The notes under the pieces: model-generated
The model's input: only the letters and a program-made list of their open reading frames with translations
Database searches by the model: none
What the model was told of the DNA's origin: nothing
Made by a program: the position numbers and the translations under genes
NCBI GenBank assembly: GCA_965198115.1
Contig: OZ240241.1
Span: forward strand, 3,232,001-3,296,000
Length of the DNA: 64,000 bases
Source of the DNA: Candidatus Latescibacterota bacterium
GTDB lineage: Bacteria > Latescibacterota > UBA2968
Reading direction: 5' to 3'
Part shown: piece by piece, positions 39,450 to 50,665 of the stretch
How positions within the stretch are numbered: the stretch's first letter is position 1
Layout of the letters: each line of letters begins with the position of its first letter

Positions 39450-40778
39450 TCAAAGAGGCCCGAACGCTGCCGCAAAGATGAGGAAATCCGGGAAGGAAAC
39501 CACTGAATCGCTGTTGAGATCGAACTTCGTGTTGAACACGTCACTATCCGAATCTGATCCGAAAGCACCTGCGAATTCCAGGAAGTCAGCGAAGTCTACC
39601 CTCCCATCCCCGTTGAAGTCGGAAGTGGGCATTGCTGAATCGTCTAGTTCCTGGAGCCATCAACGAATCTGATGCGATGGTTCTCACGATCGGCTATGTA
39701 GAGCCCGGAGGTGTGCGCGAACACGCTTCTTGGAAAGTTTAGTGCCGTTTCGGTCGGCGGCACGCCATCTCCGGAAAACCCGCGTTCTCCATTGCCGACG
39801 ACGGTCGTCAATGTACCTCCAGGCGAGACTCGCCTGATTCGGTTATTTTCACGATCGGCAATGTAAATGGTCCCGTCCGCCTGGACTGAGATTCCTCGTA
39901 CACGAGTCGTGCTCCCGTCGGTGGCCGGGCCGCCATCGCCGAGAAAGCCGGACATGCCGTTCCCGGCAACCGTCGAAATCACGCCATCCAATCCGACCGC
40001 ACGGATCCTCAGGTTCTGTCGATCCGAGACGTAGAGCACGCCCGTCGAATCGAACCCTACGCCGACCGGCCCGTTCAGGGTGGCCTCGGTCGCCGGGGCG
40101 CCATCCCCGGAAAACGAAGCCTGACCGGTTCCCACGACCGTCGTTATCGTCCCATCTGCAGCAATGCGTCGTACGCGATGGTTGTTCGTGTCGGCGACGA
40201 AGATATTGCCGTTCGCGTCGACGGTCACACCGTGGGGTCGGTTCAGGGTAGCCTCTGTCGAGGATCCCCCGTCACCCGAAAAAATCGTCACTGCCCGTAC
40301 CGGCCACGGTGACGATCGTGCCGTCCAAAGCAATCCTTCTGAGCCGGTGGTTCCGCGTGTCGCAGACCAGAATTTCACCGGACAACATCACGAAGATCCC
40401 GTGGGGCGTGTTCAAAGATGCTTCAGTGGCAGGACCGCCCTCTCCTCCAAATCCAGCCGTGCCGTTTCCCGCGACGGTTGTGATCGTGCCCGCTCCATCG
40501 ACGACGCGGATTCGATGATTGCTTGTATCCGCGATGTAGATCGCGCCCGCTGAATCGACAAAGACGGCAGACGGTCGGTTCAGGGCCGCTTGCATTGCCG
40601 GGCCTCCGTCACCGTTGAAACCCCCCTCCCCGTTTCCTGCGATCGTCGTAATCACTGAGGCGTGTGAGGTCGCAACGAGGACGTTCACAGTCACCCACCA
40701 CAATGCCAGCACGTTCACCCCCAAGCGAAAGCAGCCGGAGCCATTCAGCGGCCCCGGCTGTTTCAGCTTTGACATCAA
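39450..40778 (-). CDS. Secreted NHL-repeat protein with C-terminal dockerin/EF-hand-like pair; apparent frameshifts ~40280 and ~39657
   Basis: Repeated AGNG..GF.GDGGPA..A.LN.P and IYIAD..NHRIR units; DFNGDGRVDFADFLEF and DLNSDSVVSFPDFLIF. Confidence 0.82.
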
Positions 40779-40791
40779 TCAACCGTTTCGG

Positions 40792-43306
40792 TCACTTCAG
40801 TAACATCATCTTGCGGACGTCCCGGAAACCGTCCGTGGTCATCTGGACGTAGTAAATCCCGGAGGAGATGCCCACTGCGTCGAACGACACCGTATAGCTG
40901 CCCGCGTCTTGGCGTGAATCTACCAGCGTCCGCACCTTCTGACCCAGAGCGTTGAAGATGGTCAATCTCACCGGCCCGTCTTGACCGACGTCGTAGTGAA
41001 TCTGCGTCGTCGGATTGAACGGGTTGGGATAGTTCTGGTGCAGCGCCGTACTCAGGGATCGGGACGAAAAGCGTACGTTCAGGTCGACGATCGCGACCGG
41101 CATGAGATCCGAATCGAAAAACAGCCCACCGAACTCGATCGCCGTTGGAGGCTGTTCAGTGAAGATCAGATTTATCTGATCACTGGACCTGAATCCTCTA
41201 TCTAGGGCAAGTCGAGCGTGTCCGGGCACTTCGGAAACAAAGGCGAGACGTTCTCCCCGATGCTCGATGGCCACGAGGTGGGTCCCGGAATCGAAGGCGA
41301 TTTCGATGTCTGCGCCCGCGATGTCCTGTCCTCTTTCGATCGAGAGAGGAAGCAGAAGGTTCGACCCGTTCTCGGCCCATTCCCCGAAGGCAATCGTGGG
41401 AGTCCGACTTGGCCGGAGTGCAGGGACCTCGCCATTCCACTGAACGACAACCTTGCCGGCCGCATCCAGAACCGATCTGCCCGTTATATCCACCCGAGCA
41501 CCTACGGCCAGGTCCAGGTCGTTCTGGAAGCCGCCTCGAATCGGGATACTTCCCCAGGTCCCGATCACCCGACCACCCCCCTCCGCCAGCTGTGCAAGGT
41601 AGTAGCCGTTTGCGCCGATTCTACGGAATCGGAAAGCGTCACCGCTTGTGACCGTCACCTGAGCGGTCCCGTCGCTTCCCGTCAAGCCAGACCACGCGAA
41701 GTCAGGCGCAACCCCAGAGATTGAGCGCGCGAACGATAGGACCAGGCCGGACAAATCACGGTCAGGTTTTCCAATCTGCCCACGGATTTCGCCAGAAGGG
41801 TTCGCTGCAGTGTGCACGTTCAGGTAGAGGTTTCCCATCATCAGCTCACCGATGAGGTCGCTCGTGAGCGAGGACGCATCCGAAGCAGCCCAGGTGCCAG
41901 CTGCCGAATTGCCGTCAAATGAATCACCGATATCGCGGACGACTCCGCCATTCGTGCCAGCAGGCGCGTTGTGGAAGTGAGCAGCGGTGAAGTCATCCGT
42001 GAGTCCGTCGACGGTGACCCAATACTGGAGGCCGGACCCGTCCCACAGGAAGCCGGCTGTCCCGGAACCATCGCCCTCGACTGCGGGGTTCTCCTGGTCG
42101 CCGTCCAAGCCGGCGATGAACCCGACACCGGATGATGCGGTCAACTGACCGCGAATTTCCCCTGAGGGGTTTTCAGAAGTGTGCACGTTGAGGTAAAGAT
42201 TCCCTGCCAGCAATTCCTTAATCAGCGTGGCGGTCAGCGGAGAATCGTCGTCCGGCTTCCACGTCCCGACGACCGTGTTGCCCACGAACTCGTCCGTGAT
42301 ACCACGCACGACCCCGCCGGTTGCCCCGGCCGCTCCGTTGTGGAAATGGGCGCCGGTCAACGGTCCCGTCAGCCCCGTGACCGTCAAACGAAAGGCAACA
42401 TTGGTTCCGTCGAACGTGATGACCGCGGTCCCGGATCCATCAACCGTCACTGACGGGACTTCCTCGTCCCCGCTAAGGCGGGAAATCATCCGAACACCGG
42501 CGACCATTTCGACCTGTCCGCGAACCTCCCCGCCCGCGTTCTCCGCTGTATGAATGTTGATGTAGATATTTCCCGCCAGCAGCTCTCCGAGGAGCTCAGA
42601 CGTCAGATCTGCGGTCCCCCAGACACCGATTCCCGTATTGCCCGAGAACGACGCATCAATCCCGTGTACTACCCCGCCGTTCGCGCCGGCCGGCGCGTTG
42701 TGGAAATGGGCGCCCGTGATCGAGCCGGTCAGGTCGTCGACTGTCACCCAGTAGTGCAGACCGTCGCCATCGAGAATCATGGCGGCCGACCCCGATCCCG
42801 AACCACTCGAGCCCGACACCTCCTGATCGACCGTCAAATCCCCCCAGAAGCCTACACCCGTAGCGACCAGAACCTGGCCTCGTATCTCGCCTCCCGGATT
42901 GTTCGCTGTATGGATGTTCACGTAGATATTGCCGGCGAGGAGGTCGCCGATCATCTCGCTCGTGAGACCGTCGGTCGATCGCCAGATCCCGCGGGCAGTA
43001 TTGCCTGAAAAGGAGTCCCCGATACCGTACACGACGCCGGTTGCCCCGGCGGCGGCGCCGTGAAAGTGGGCACCTGTGATGTCGCCGGAAAGCCCCGTCA
43101 CTGTGATCACAAATTGAAGCCCTTCGTCGTCGAGGCGGAAGGCTCCCGTACCCGTCCCATCCGTCGTCGTGGCCGGTACTTCCTGATCGCCGTCCAGAGT
43201 CGCCGTAAAGAACGTCGTCGAAGCAGACGTGGCGGCCCCCTCAATGTCCACGCTCGCCGAAACAACCGCGGTTTCGTGAGCGGCGAAACTTGTGCCTATT
43301 GTAATT
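40792..43306 (-). pseudogene. 4x CHRD protein with cohesin-like domain and C-terminal FlgD/T9SS-type domain, 5'-truncated by ISL3
   Basis: Four L.G.QEV..HFH..Y.N.HT..NP.GEIRGQ repeats; QNYPNPFNP...SSGIYY...RKMMLLK; frame open up to the IS, no signal peptide. Confidence 0.85.
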
Positions 43307-44724
43307 GGCTCTATCCGGGTTTCTCAACGGTGAAACTATAGAATGACAAGGTCATAGATCGTTCCCTACGCTTGGTTGTGTGTGTAGGACAATCAAAGCG
43401 AAGGGGGTGCGACCTATGACCGGGAGCAGATTACTATCGAAACTGCTGAGATTCAAGGGGTTCCGTGTTGTCAGCTGGTGGTTTGAGGGGAGAAGCTGTT
43501 TCGTCATCGCCGTAAAGCCACATAAGAATGGTTGTTGTTGTCCGGAGTGCGGCCGTCGAGGTAAAATCGTCCGCACAATGCCCCATCCGCGTCGGTGGCG
43601 TGACATTCCGGTGTGCGGGTGGAGGGTCTGGCTTCTCTACCATCCTCGGGAGATTCGGTGTCCTACCCACGGTCGTGTGGTCGAGGAGATTCCGTGGGCG
43701 GAGCGGTTCTCTCGGGTGACGTATCGCTTCGAGTATGCCATGCTGCGCTACTGCCAGACCATGACGCAGAAGGCGGCGTCCGAGTTACTGCGCATCTCTG
43801 CCTCGACGCTGTCGGATCTCCTTCACCGATCCATCACGCGGCTTCGTGAAGGTCATCGTATCCGAGGGCTCAAAACCATCGGGATCGACGAGATCTCCTA
43901 CGCCAAGCGTCACAGGTACGCCACGCTCGTTTACGATCTGGACCGCTCCTGCGTGGTGTGGGTTGGCCGCGGCAGGGCGCGTAAAACGATCGATCGGTTC
44001 TTCACAGAGGCTCTCAGTCCCTACCGGAGATCCAAGATCGAGTGGGCCTGCTGCGACATGAGCGAAGCTTACATCGGAGCCATCCAGGAACACTGTCCGA
44101 ATGCCAAGCTGGTCCTCGATCGCTTTCACATCGTCAAGGCTCTCAATGCCGCCGTTGACGAGGTCCGTAAGGACCAGTGGCGTAAAGCTGCCCCGGATGA
44201 GCGCAAAGCCATGAAGGGCCTCCGATGGCTCCTCTACCGGCACTCAGCGACACGCTCCAGAGGGGATACTCGGACACTCAAAGCACTGGAGAAGGCGAAC
44301 TACCGAATCTATAGAGCCTGGAGACTCAAGGACGAGTTCGAGCAGTTCTGGGAATACAAAGCGCCCTGGGCTGCCGAACGCTTCCTGAAATGCTGGACGA
44401 CGTCCGCACTCAGAAGTCGACGTGAACCCCTGCGAAAGTTCGTCAGGACCCTGCGACAGCACTTCTTCGGCGTCCTCGCATTCGTGAACACGCGTCTTAC
44501 CAACGCCATCGCCGAAGGCCTCAACCGAATCGTCCAAATCGTCAAGAACCGAGCCAGCGGATTCCGCACACTCGACGCATTCAACGATATGATCTTCCTT
44601 ACCGTCGGAGACATAAACATCCCTGAGCAGATTCCGAAGAGGTTCCGCACACTCTAACCGCGCCCATGCCAGGAACCACGGCACCTTCACCCACTTCATC
44701 TCGTTGAGAGATCCGGATATAGCC
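43307..44724 (+). mobile_element. ISL3-family IS, copy 1
   Basis: Ends GGCTCTATCCGG/CCGGATATAGCC; CPECG zinc finger, IGIDE, CDMS, DRFH, TNAIAEGLN. Confidence 0.93.
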
Positions 44725-44814
44725 AAATAAATGGCTGATATTCCGATCACCTCAAAGCAGCTATCCTCTCACGAGTTCTTCCCTCAGCAGGAGACAAAAT
44801 AACTTTGCCATCTG

Positions 44815-45065
44815 CAACCGGACCGCAGGTCGAAGCCGGGAAGATGGCCGCCTGATTTCTTTTACACACCTATTGACCTGAGCTCAGACAACCCACCACT
44901 CGGTTGCTGAGCTGTTGAGATGATTTCTGTTCCCCGTCCCTGTGTCCTCTTCGGACAGGATGAACTCCTTGCCCTGAGCCCACCCGGTGTTTCGTGAATA
45001 GGACTATCTCACGGGAAGTGTAGGGTCGCCCTTTCTCTTTTTCCACACCTATTAATCATAGCTCC
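44815..45065. mobile_element. Two IS256-like terminal remnants
   Basis: ...GKMAA* then ttttacacacctattgacctgagctc; related ttttccacacctattaatcatagctc ~180 bp downstream. Confidence 0.4.
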
Positions 45066-45145
45066 ATCGAAGACCTGCGCCTCGCACTCTGGTCCACCCC
45101 ATGCTGCACTCTGTCCTAAAAGAGACTTCATCTGAGGATCGGACA

Positions 45146-45202
45146 GTCATGACCTCCGGCAAAGCCGGAGGCTTGAAAACTTGTGAACCGCTCAAAGCGG
45201 TT
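45146..45202. mobile_element. IS200/IS605-type end hairpins without tnpA
   Basis: cctccggc-aaa-gccggagg and aaccgc-tcaaa-gcggtt hairpins. Confidence 0.55.
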
Positions 45203-45503
45203 GGACTCTGAGTCGCCACGCAAGACGTCGTAGAACACATCTTGTCTTGGGGGGGTTATTGACCACACACTCCCATTGCCGTTACCAGTCGTCCTATTTA
45301 TTCGTAACTAATTGTCGTGCAGTAAATTATGCGATTCATGCAGTTGGCATCAGGACTTGGATAAGCAAGGTGGAGAAGATGGCAAAGTTATTTTGTCTCC
45401 TGCTGAGGGAAGAACTCGTGAGAGGATAGCTGAGATCGGAATATCAGTATATTTATTATGTGAAGGGCCGACAATACAAAGGACGCCGACTAGAGACGGC
45501 GCC

Positions 45504-46509
45504 CTCTCGATGTATCCGTTCTCCCACGGGCTGCCCGGCTCGATGAACAAAGTTCCGACCTCCAACCTCGAGAGCCAGTCCCGAACCGCTTTGGCTACAA
45601 ACTCCGGCCCGTTATCCGATCTGATGTGTTTCGGGACACCATACCTCAGCATCAGCTTCGCCAACGTCCGCAGAACGTCCCGTGATGTTTGCTTGCGAGC
45701 GACCTCGATGGTCAGGCACTCACGCGTGTATTCATCCACGACTGTCAGGAACTTCAACGGCCTCCCTTCACGTGTGCGATCGAACACGAAGTCGTAGGCC
45801 CAGACGTGGTTACGATGCTCGGGTCTGAGTCTGATGCAGGAGCCGTCGTTGAGCCAAAGTCGACCCCGCTTCGGCTGCCTAGCGGGCACCTTCAGCCCCT
45901 CCTGACGCCAGATCCGCTCCACCCGCTTGTGGTTCACCCGCCAGCCATCGGTCCTAAGAAGAGCCGTGATTCGACGGTAGCCATAACGTCCATATTCGCT
46001 GGCCAGAGAGACGATGTTCGCGGTCAGGACGGTCTCGCCGTCCGCCACCTTGAGCGTGTATCGCTGGGTACGGCGCACCTGACCCAGCACACGGCACGCC
46101 CGACGCTCCGAGACAGCCAGGGCCTCACGCACGTGCCCGACCGCCTTCCTTCGCCGCGTCGGGCTCAGAAGTTTCCCCGGGACACCTCCTTGAGAATCGA
46201 GATATCCAGGGCCTGGTCGGCCACAAGACGTTTCAGACGCCCGTTCTCTTGCTCCAGCTCCTTCAGCCGGCGGACCTGGTCGACCTCCATACCGCCGTAT
46301 TCCTTGCGCCACCGGTAATAGGTCTGTTCGCTGACGCCAAGCTCACGCGAGACCTCGCCGACCGTCTTGCCTTACGATATACGAATCTCTGCCTGACGGA
46401 GATGTCCGATGATCTGCTCCGCTGTGTATCGCTTCCTGGCCATTCGGCCCCCTTTCTATGTTCCGATATCCTAACTTTAGGAATGGGAACAATCCAGGGG
46501 GGCAGGTCA
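45504..46509 (-). mobile_element. Truncated IS3-family element (orfA 46443-46165 with internal TAA; orfB cut after PWENGYIE)
   Basis: TGACCTGCCCCCC end; YGYRRI, WAYDF, IRSDNGPEF. Confidence 0.88.
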
Positions 46510-47850
46510 GGAGCAGATGGGCACGGTGAGTCGGGCGAACTTCGCCAGATCGCCACAGTTGTGGAAGCTGCGTAAGAAACTGATCGAGTGTCTTTCGACC
46601 GGGTCCTTCGACGATGCTATCGGTCGAGACCAGGGCTGCCAGCGCAGCTTGGGCATCACGCAGCCGATGCAGAATCGCCACAGGGTCAAGCTGCAGACAC
46701 AGCTCTCGGAGGATCTCCTTGGTGTCATTCTGTGGACCGCGGGGTGATTTACAAGGCGCTCGCATGGCGTTCTCGGGCGATCGTAAGTCCTCTTTACTTT
46801 GGCACCTTGATGCGTCTTACTGAGCAGTTTAGACGATGGCTGAAAGAAATTCACGTGAAGACGGGCAGCCTGGTACAAATGGCCAAGTGCTTGAGCAGCA
46901 ACTACACCTGAGAATCTACCGTGGCCTGCGATGCGTCGGACGACCGCACCATTCTTCTGTTCCACCCATGCCTAGTCATTCTTGCGATAGGGCCGGGAGC
47001 GCGTGAACTCAATGCGATGCGATTTGCAGAACGCCAGTAGCGTGTCGTTGATAAAGGCACTGTCGTTATCGGAGTCGATACCTTTGACTGGGAACGGAAC
47101 TTGCCGAAAAAGAGCCTGCAGCCCCTCGACAACGAGGGACTGCTCCCGTGCCAGCAGTGGCAGGCACTCTGTCCATCCAGAGCAGATGTCTGTCACGACT
47201 AGCGTATGGATGACGGATCCGGCCATGGATCCGCCGCAATGTGCAACGAAGTCAATTTCCAACCAACCAGGATCCGGCTGATTCCAGTCGGCGAATGTTC
47301 GAACGGGAACCTTGTTGCTGACTTTCGAAGTCTGGCGACGTTTTCTCCGGCCTTGTGCCTTGCCCCGAATCGGTGCGAGCAACCGATCAATGGTAGCTGC
47401 ACTGACGGTTTGCAGTCTCGACCGCACGTCGGGATCAAGATCCAAATGGCCGTGACGCTCCATTGCATCGATGAGATCTGGCAATATTGCTTTCAGCCGC
47501 TTGCCACAGATTCGATCCGACGCCTCCCACGTTAGGATCAGGGCTTCTTTCACCGCTTCGTCGTAGACTCGCCGGCCGTTGGTGTGCTTCAGCTGTGGGC
47601 GCCCATTAACCGAGCGACAGCATAGAAGCCGAGTCGCGTGTTTGCGGTGATAGCCACTCACGGCTACAAACTCGTCGAGGATTCGGTGTTTTCTCCCTCT
47701 TCGATGACTCGAGGTATCGACGCCCCAGAGCCTCAACGAGCTCCTGTCTGGTGTTCGTACTGATTCTTCTGCCCATCGCTTGCCTCCAATTTGGGTAACA
47801 ATTCCTTTGAGGCAACAATCTTTGCTTGGTAACACAATCCCTGAGGCCAT
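46510..47850 (-). mobile_element. Integrase-core (ISNCY-type) transposase pseudogene, interrupted by IS3
   Basis: ILDEFVAVSGYHRKHA, EIDFVAHCG, DSDNDSAF, SRPYRKND*AWVEQKN; frameshifts and in-frame TAG; tandem ggtaaca..tgaggc end repeats 47793-47848. Confidence 0.85.
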
Positions 47851-47942
47851 GGGTGTGATGGGTGGTGGCCGGGCCATCCAGTTGATGCGTTTAGATCGTG
47901 GCAGGATGCGTTGTTCGTAGTGTGGGGCGTTCTGGGTTGTCA

Positions 47943-48074
47943 TTATGGGTTCTGAGCGACCCTGGTTTTGCCCTTCCTGGCGGTTTTCGAGTGTTCGAGC
48001 CGATAGCTGGGGAGGTTGAGCTCGAGGATCACGCAGTGATGGACGAGGCGGTCGATGGCCGCTGCGGTGGTCAT
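47943..48074 (-). pseudogene. IS21 istB 3' remnant
   Basis: MTTAAAIDRLVHHCVILELNLPSYR. Confidence 0.75.
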
Positions 48075-48081
48075 CTAAATA

Positions 48082-48192
48082 TGCGTGTTCAATCCCCCGG
48101 CTTCCCACACCATCCACGCCGGTGACACCCTGGTGGTCATTGGAAAAGGCGCTGATCTGAAGAAACTGGAAATCGATTGTTCCAGTCGCTGA
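48082..48192 (+). pseudogene. TrkA-C/RCK-C domain 3' remnant
   Basis: FNPPASHTIHAGDTLVVIG...*. Confidence 0.65.
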
Positions 48193-48370
48193 GGAGAGTC
48201 CGAAGTGTGGGAGGCGCCTCAGGTGCCGAATTCGACGACTCACTACTCCTTGTCCGCACGCATCAGGGGCTCGGGTGATTGCGCCGGGGGATTCATGCTC
48301 CGCAGTCCAAGACAGGAAGCCTGTCGAGGGGAGCCGGACTCACGTGGTCCCGTGATGCGTGAGGTCTGAC

Positions 48371-49231
48371 CTACGACGCAGTTTCAGCGTGTCTCCCACC
48401 GAGGATATTCAGAATACGGTCGCTTGTCGACGGCAACTCTTTTTCCGGGATCGGGACCCGATTCATCCAACCGAAGCGTTTCCACGCCCAGCTGATGGCG
48501 TACTGTGAGTGGATGAGATATCGTGTTCGATCGGATGTGTTCGGCGCGCCTCGATGCCAGCACTGAGGGTCCTGGATGTAGATGTCGCCCGCTTTGCAGA
48601 AGATGGATACGGGTTCGTTCCCTTCGAAGGAAGGATGGTCCTGATCGTTCGGGTCTTTTCCGGACCAGTGGCTGCCAGGAACGTATTGAGTCGGTCCCTG
48701 TTCGAGCGTGTCGATGTCGGTGAGCGCCATCTGGACTGTAATCCAGAGCACGGGAGGCCGGATGCGTCGGTCGTGACGGGGAACGTCTTCCGGAACGGGG
48801 AAATGGACGGCGCCGTCGACGTGCCACCGTTCGATGGCTAAACCGGGGAGATTCCGAAGAACGTTCTGGCCACAGAATTTACAATCCTGCCCGACGATCG
48901 CCTCTGCGAGTCCCAAAATCGGTTCCCGAACAAGCATATCCCGGAACATGGAATCTAATTCGATCGTGTTTCGAAGGATGAAAGGAAGGGCTTCGCCTGT
49001 TTTGTCGTTCTTGAACGTTTGGACGTAGTGCCTGTCGCTCAAGTCCAGGTTCTCCCTTGCCGCGAGCACCGGATCGTCTAGGAGTTCATCCGTTCGATCC
49101 TTCAGAGCTGAAATTTCTTCGGGCTCGAGCACGCCAGGAATGTAGACGAACCCATCTCGGTGAAAGGTGTCGACGATCTCTTTTGTTTCTGTTTCGTCGA
49201 ACGATTCTCCTGCGCGAATCGGACCAGCCAT
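48371..49231 (-). CDS. PhyH family dioxygenase; ISL3 inserted 6 bp upstream of the ATG
   Basis: FHRDGF, WHVD, GPTQYVPGSH, WHRGAPN.S.RTR. Confidence 0.88.
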   Translation of the reverse strand: MAGPIRAGESFDETETKEIVDTFHRDGFVYIPGVLEPEEISALKDRTDELLDDPVLAARENLDLSDRHYVQTFKNDKTGEALPFILRNTIELDSMFRDMLVREPILGLAEAIVGQDCKFCGQNVLRNLPGLAIERWHVDGAVHFPVPEDVPRHDRRIRPPVLWITVQMALTDIDTLEQGPTQYVPGSHWSGKDPNDQDHPSFEGNEPVSIFCKAGDIYIQDPQCWHRGAPNTSDRTRYLIHSQYAISWAWKRFGWMNRVPIPEKELPSTSDRILNILGGRHAETAS

Positions 49232-49237
49232 AAATTC

Positions 49238-50657
49238 GGCTCTATCCGGGTTTCTCAACGGTGAAACTATAGAATGACAAGGTCATAGATCGTTCCCTAC
49301 GCTTGGTTGTGTGTGTAGGACAATCAAAGCGAAGGGGGTGCGACCTATGACCGGGAGCAGATTACTATCGAAACTGCTGAGATTCAAGGGGTTCCGTGTT
49401 GTCAGCTGGTGGTTTGAGGGGAGAAGCTGTTTCGTCATCGCCGTAAAGCCACATAAGAATGGTTGTTGTTGTCCGGAGTGCGGCCGTCGAGGTAAAATCG
49501 TCCGCACAATGCCCCATCCGCGTCGGTGGCGTGACATTCCGGTGTGCGGGTGGAGGGTCTGGCTTCTCTACCATCCTCGGGAGATTCGGTGTCCTACCCA
49601 CGGTCGTGTGGTCGAGGAGATTCCGTGGGCGGAGCGGTTCTCTCGGGTGACGTATCGCTTCGAGTATGCCATGCTGCGCTACTGCCAGACCATGACGCAG
49701 AAGGCGGCGTCCGAGTTGCTGCGCATCTCTGCCTCGACGCTGTCGGATCTCCTTCACCGATCCATCACGCGGCTTCGTGAAGGTCATCGTATCCGAGGGC
49801 TCAAAACCATCGGGATCGACGAGATCTCCTACGCCAAGCGTCACAGGTACGCCACGCTCGTTTACGATCTGGACCGCTCCTGCGTGGTGTGGGTTGGCCG
49901 CGGCAGGGCGCGTAAAACGATCGATCGGTTCTTCACAGAGGCTCTCAGTCCCTACCGGAGATCCAAGATCGAGTGGGCCTGCTGCGACATGAGCGAAGCT
50001 TACATCGGAGCCATCCAGGAACACTGTCCGAATGCCAAGCTGGTCCTCGATCGCTTTCACATCGTCAAGGCTCTCAATGCCGCCGTTGACGAGGTCCGTA
50101 AGGACCAGTGGCGTAAAGCTGCCCCGGATGAGCGCAAAGCCATGAAGGGCCTCCGATGGCTCCTCTACCGGCACTCAGCGACACGCTCCAGAGGGGATAC
50201 TCGGACACTCAAAGCACTGGAGAAGGCGAACTACCGAATCTATAGAGCCTGGAGACTCAAGGACGAGTTCGAGCAGTTCTGGGAATACAAAGCGCCCTGG
50301 GCTGCCGAACGCTTCCTGAAATGCTGGACGACGTCCGCACTCAGAAGTCGACTTGAACCCCTGCGAAAGTTCGTCAGGACCCTGCGACAGCACTTCTTCG
50401 GCGTCCTCGCATTCGTGAACACGCGTCTTACCAACGCCATCGCCGAAGGCCTCAACCGAATCGTCCAAATCGTCAAGAACCGAGCCAGCGGATTCCGCAC
50501 ACTCGACGCATTCAACGATATGATCTTCCTTACCGTCGGAGACATAAACATCCCTGAGCAGATTCCGAAGAGGTTCCGCACACGCTAACCGCGCCCCCAT
50601 GCCAGGAACCACGGCACCTTCACCCACTTCATCTCGTTGAGAGATCCGGATATAGCC
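49238..50657 (+). mobile_element. ISL3-family IS, copy 2
   Basis: Same ends and transposase as copy 1. Confidence 0.93.
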
Positions 50658-50665
50658 TTTTTTTT

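Larger units (their letters stand above)
44735..45447. repeat. Long inverted repeat pair (56-bp perfect core plus 14-bp extension)
   Basis: 44758-44813 is the reverse complement of 45377-45432; 44735-44748 matches 45434-45447. Confidence 0.85.

Noticed and set aside
46372-46974. In-frame TAA (IS3 orfA) and TAG (ISNCY transposase) as recoded stops
   Set aside because: Both look like CAA/CAG to stop transitions in elements that are also truncated or frameshifted; ordinary decay
45350-48243. ORF-track proteins 45350-46312, 46343-46765 and 46972-48243 as novel fusion genes
   Set aside because: They are read-throughs across IS junctions and frameshifts
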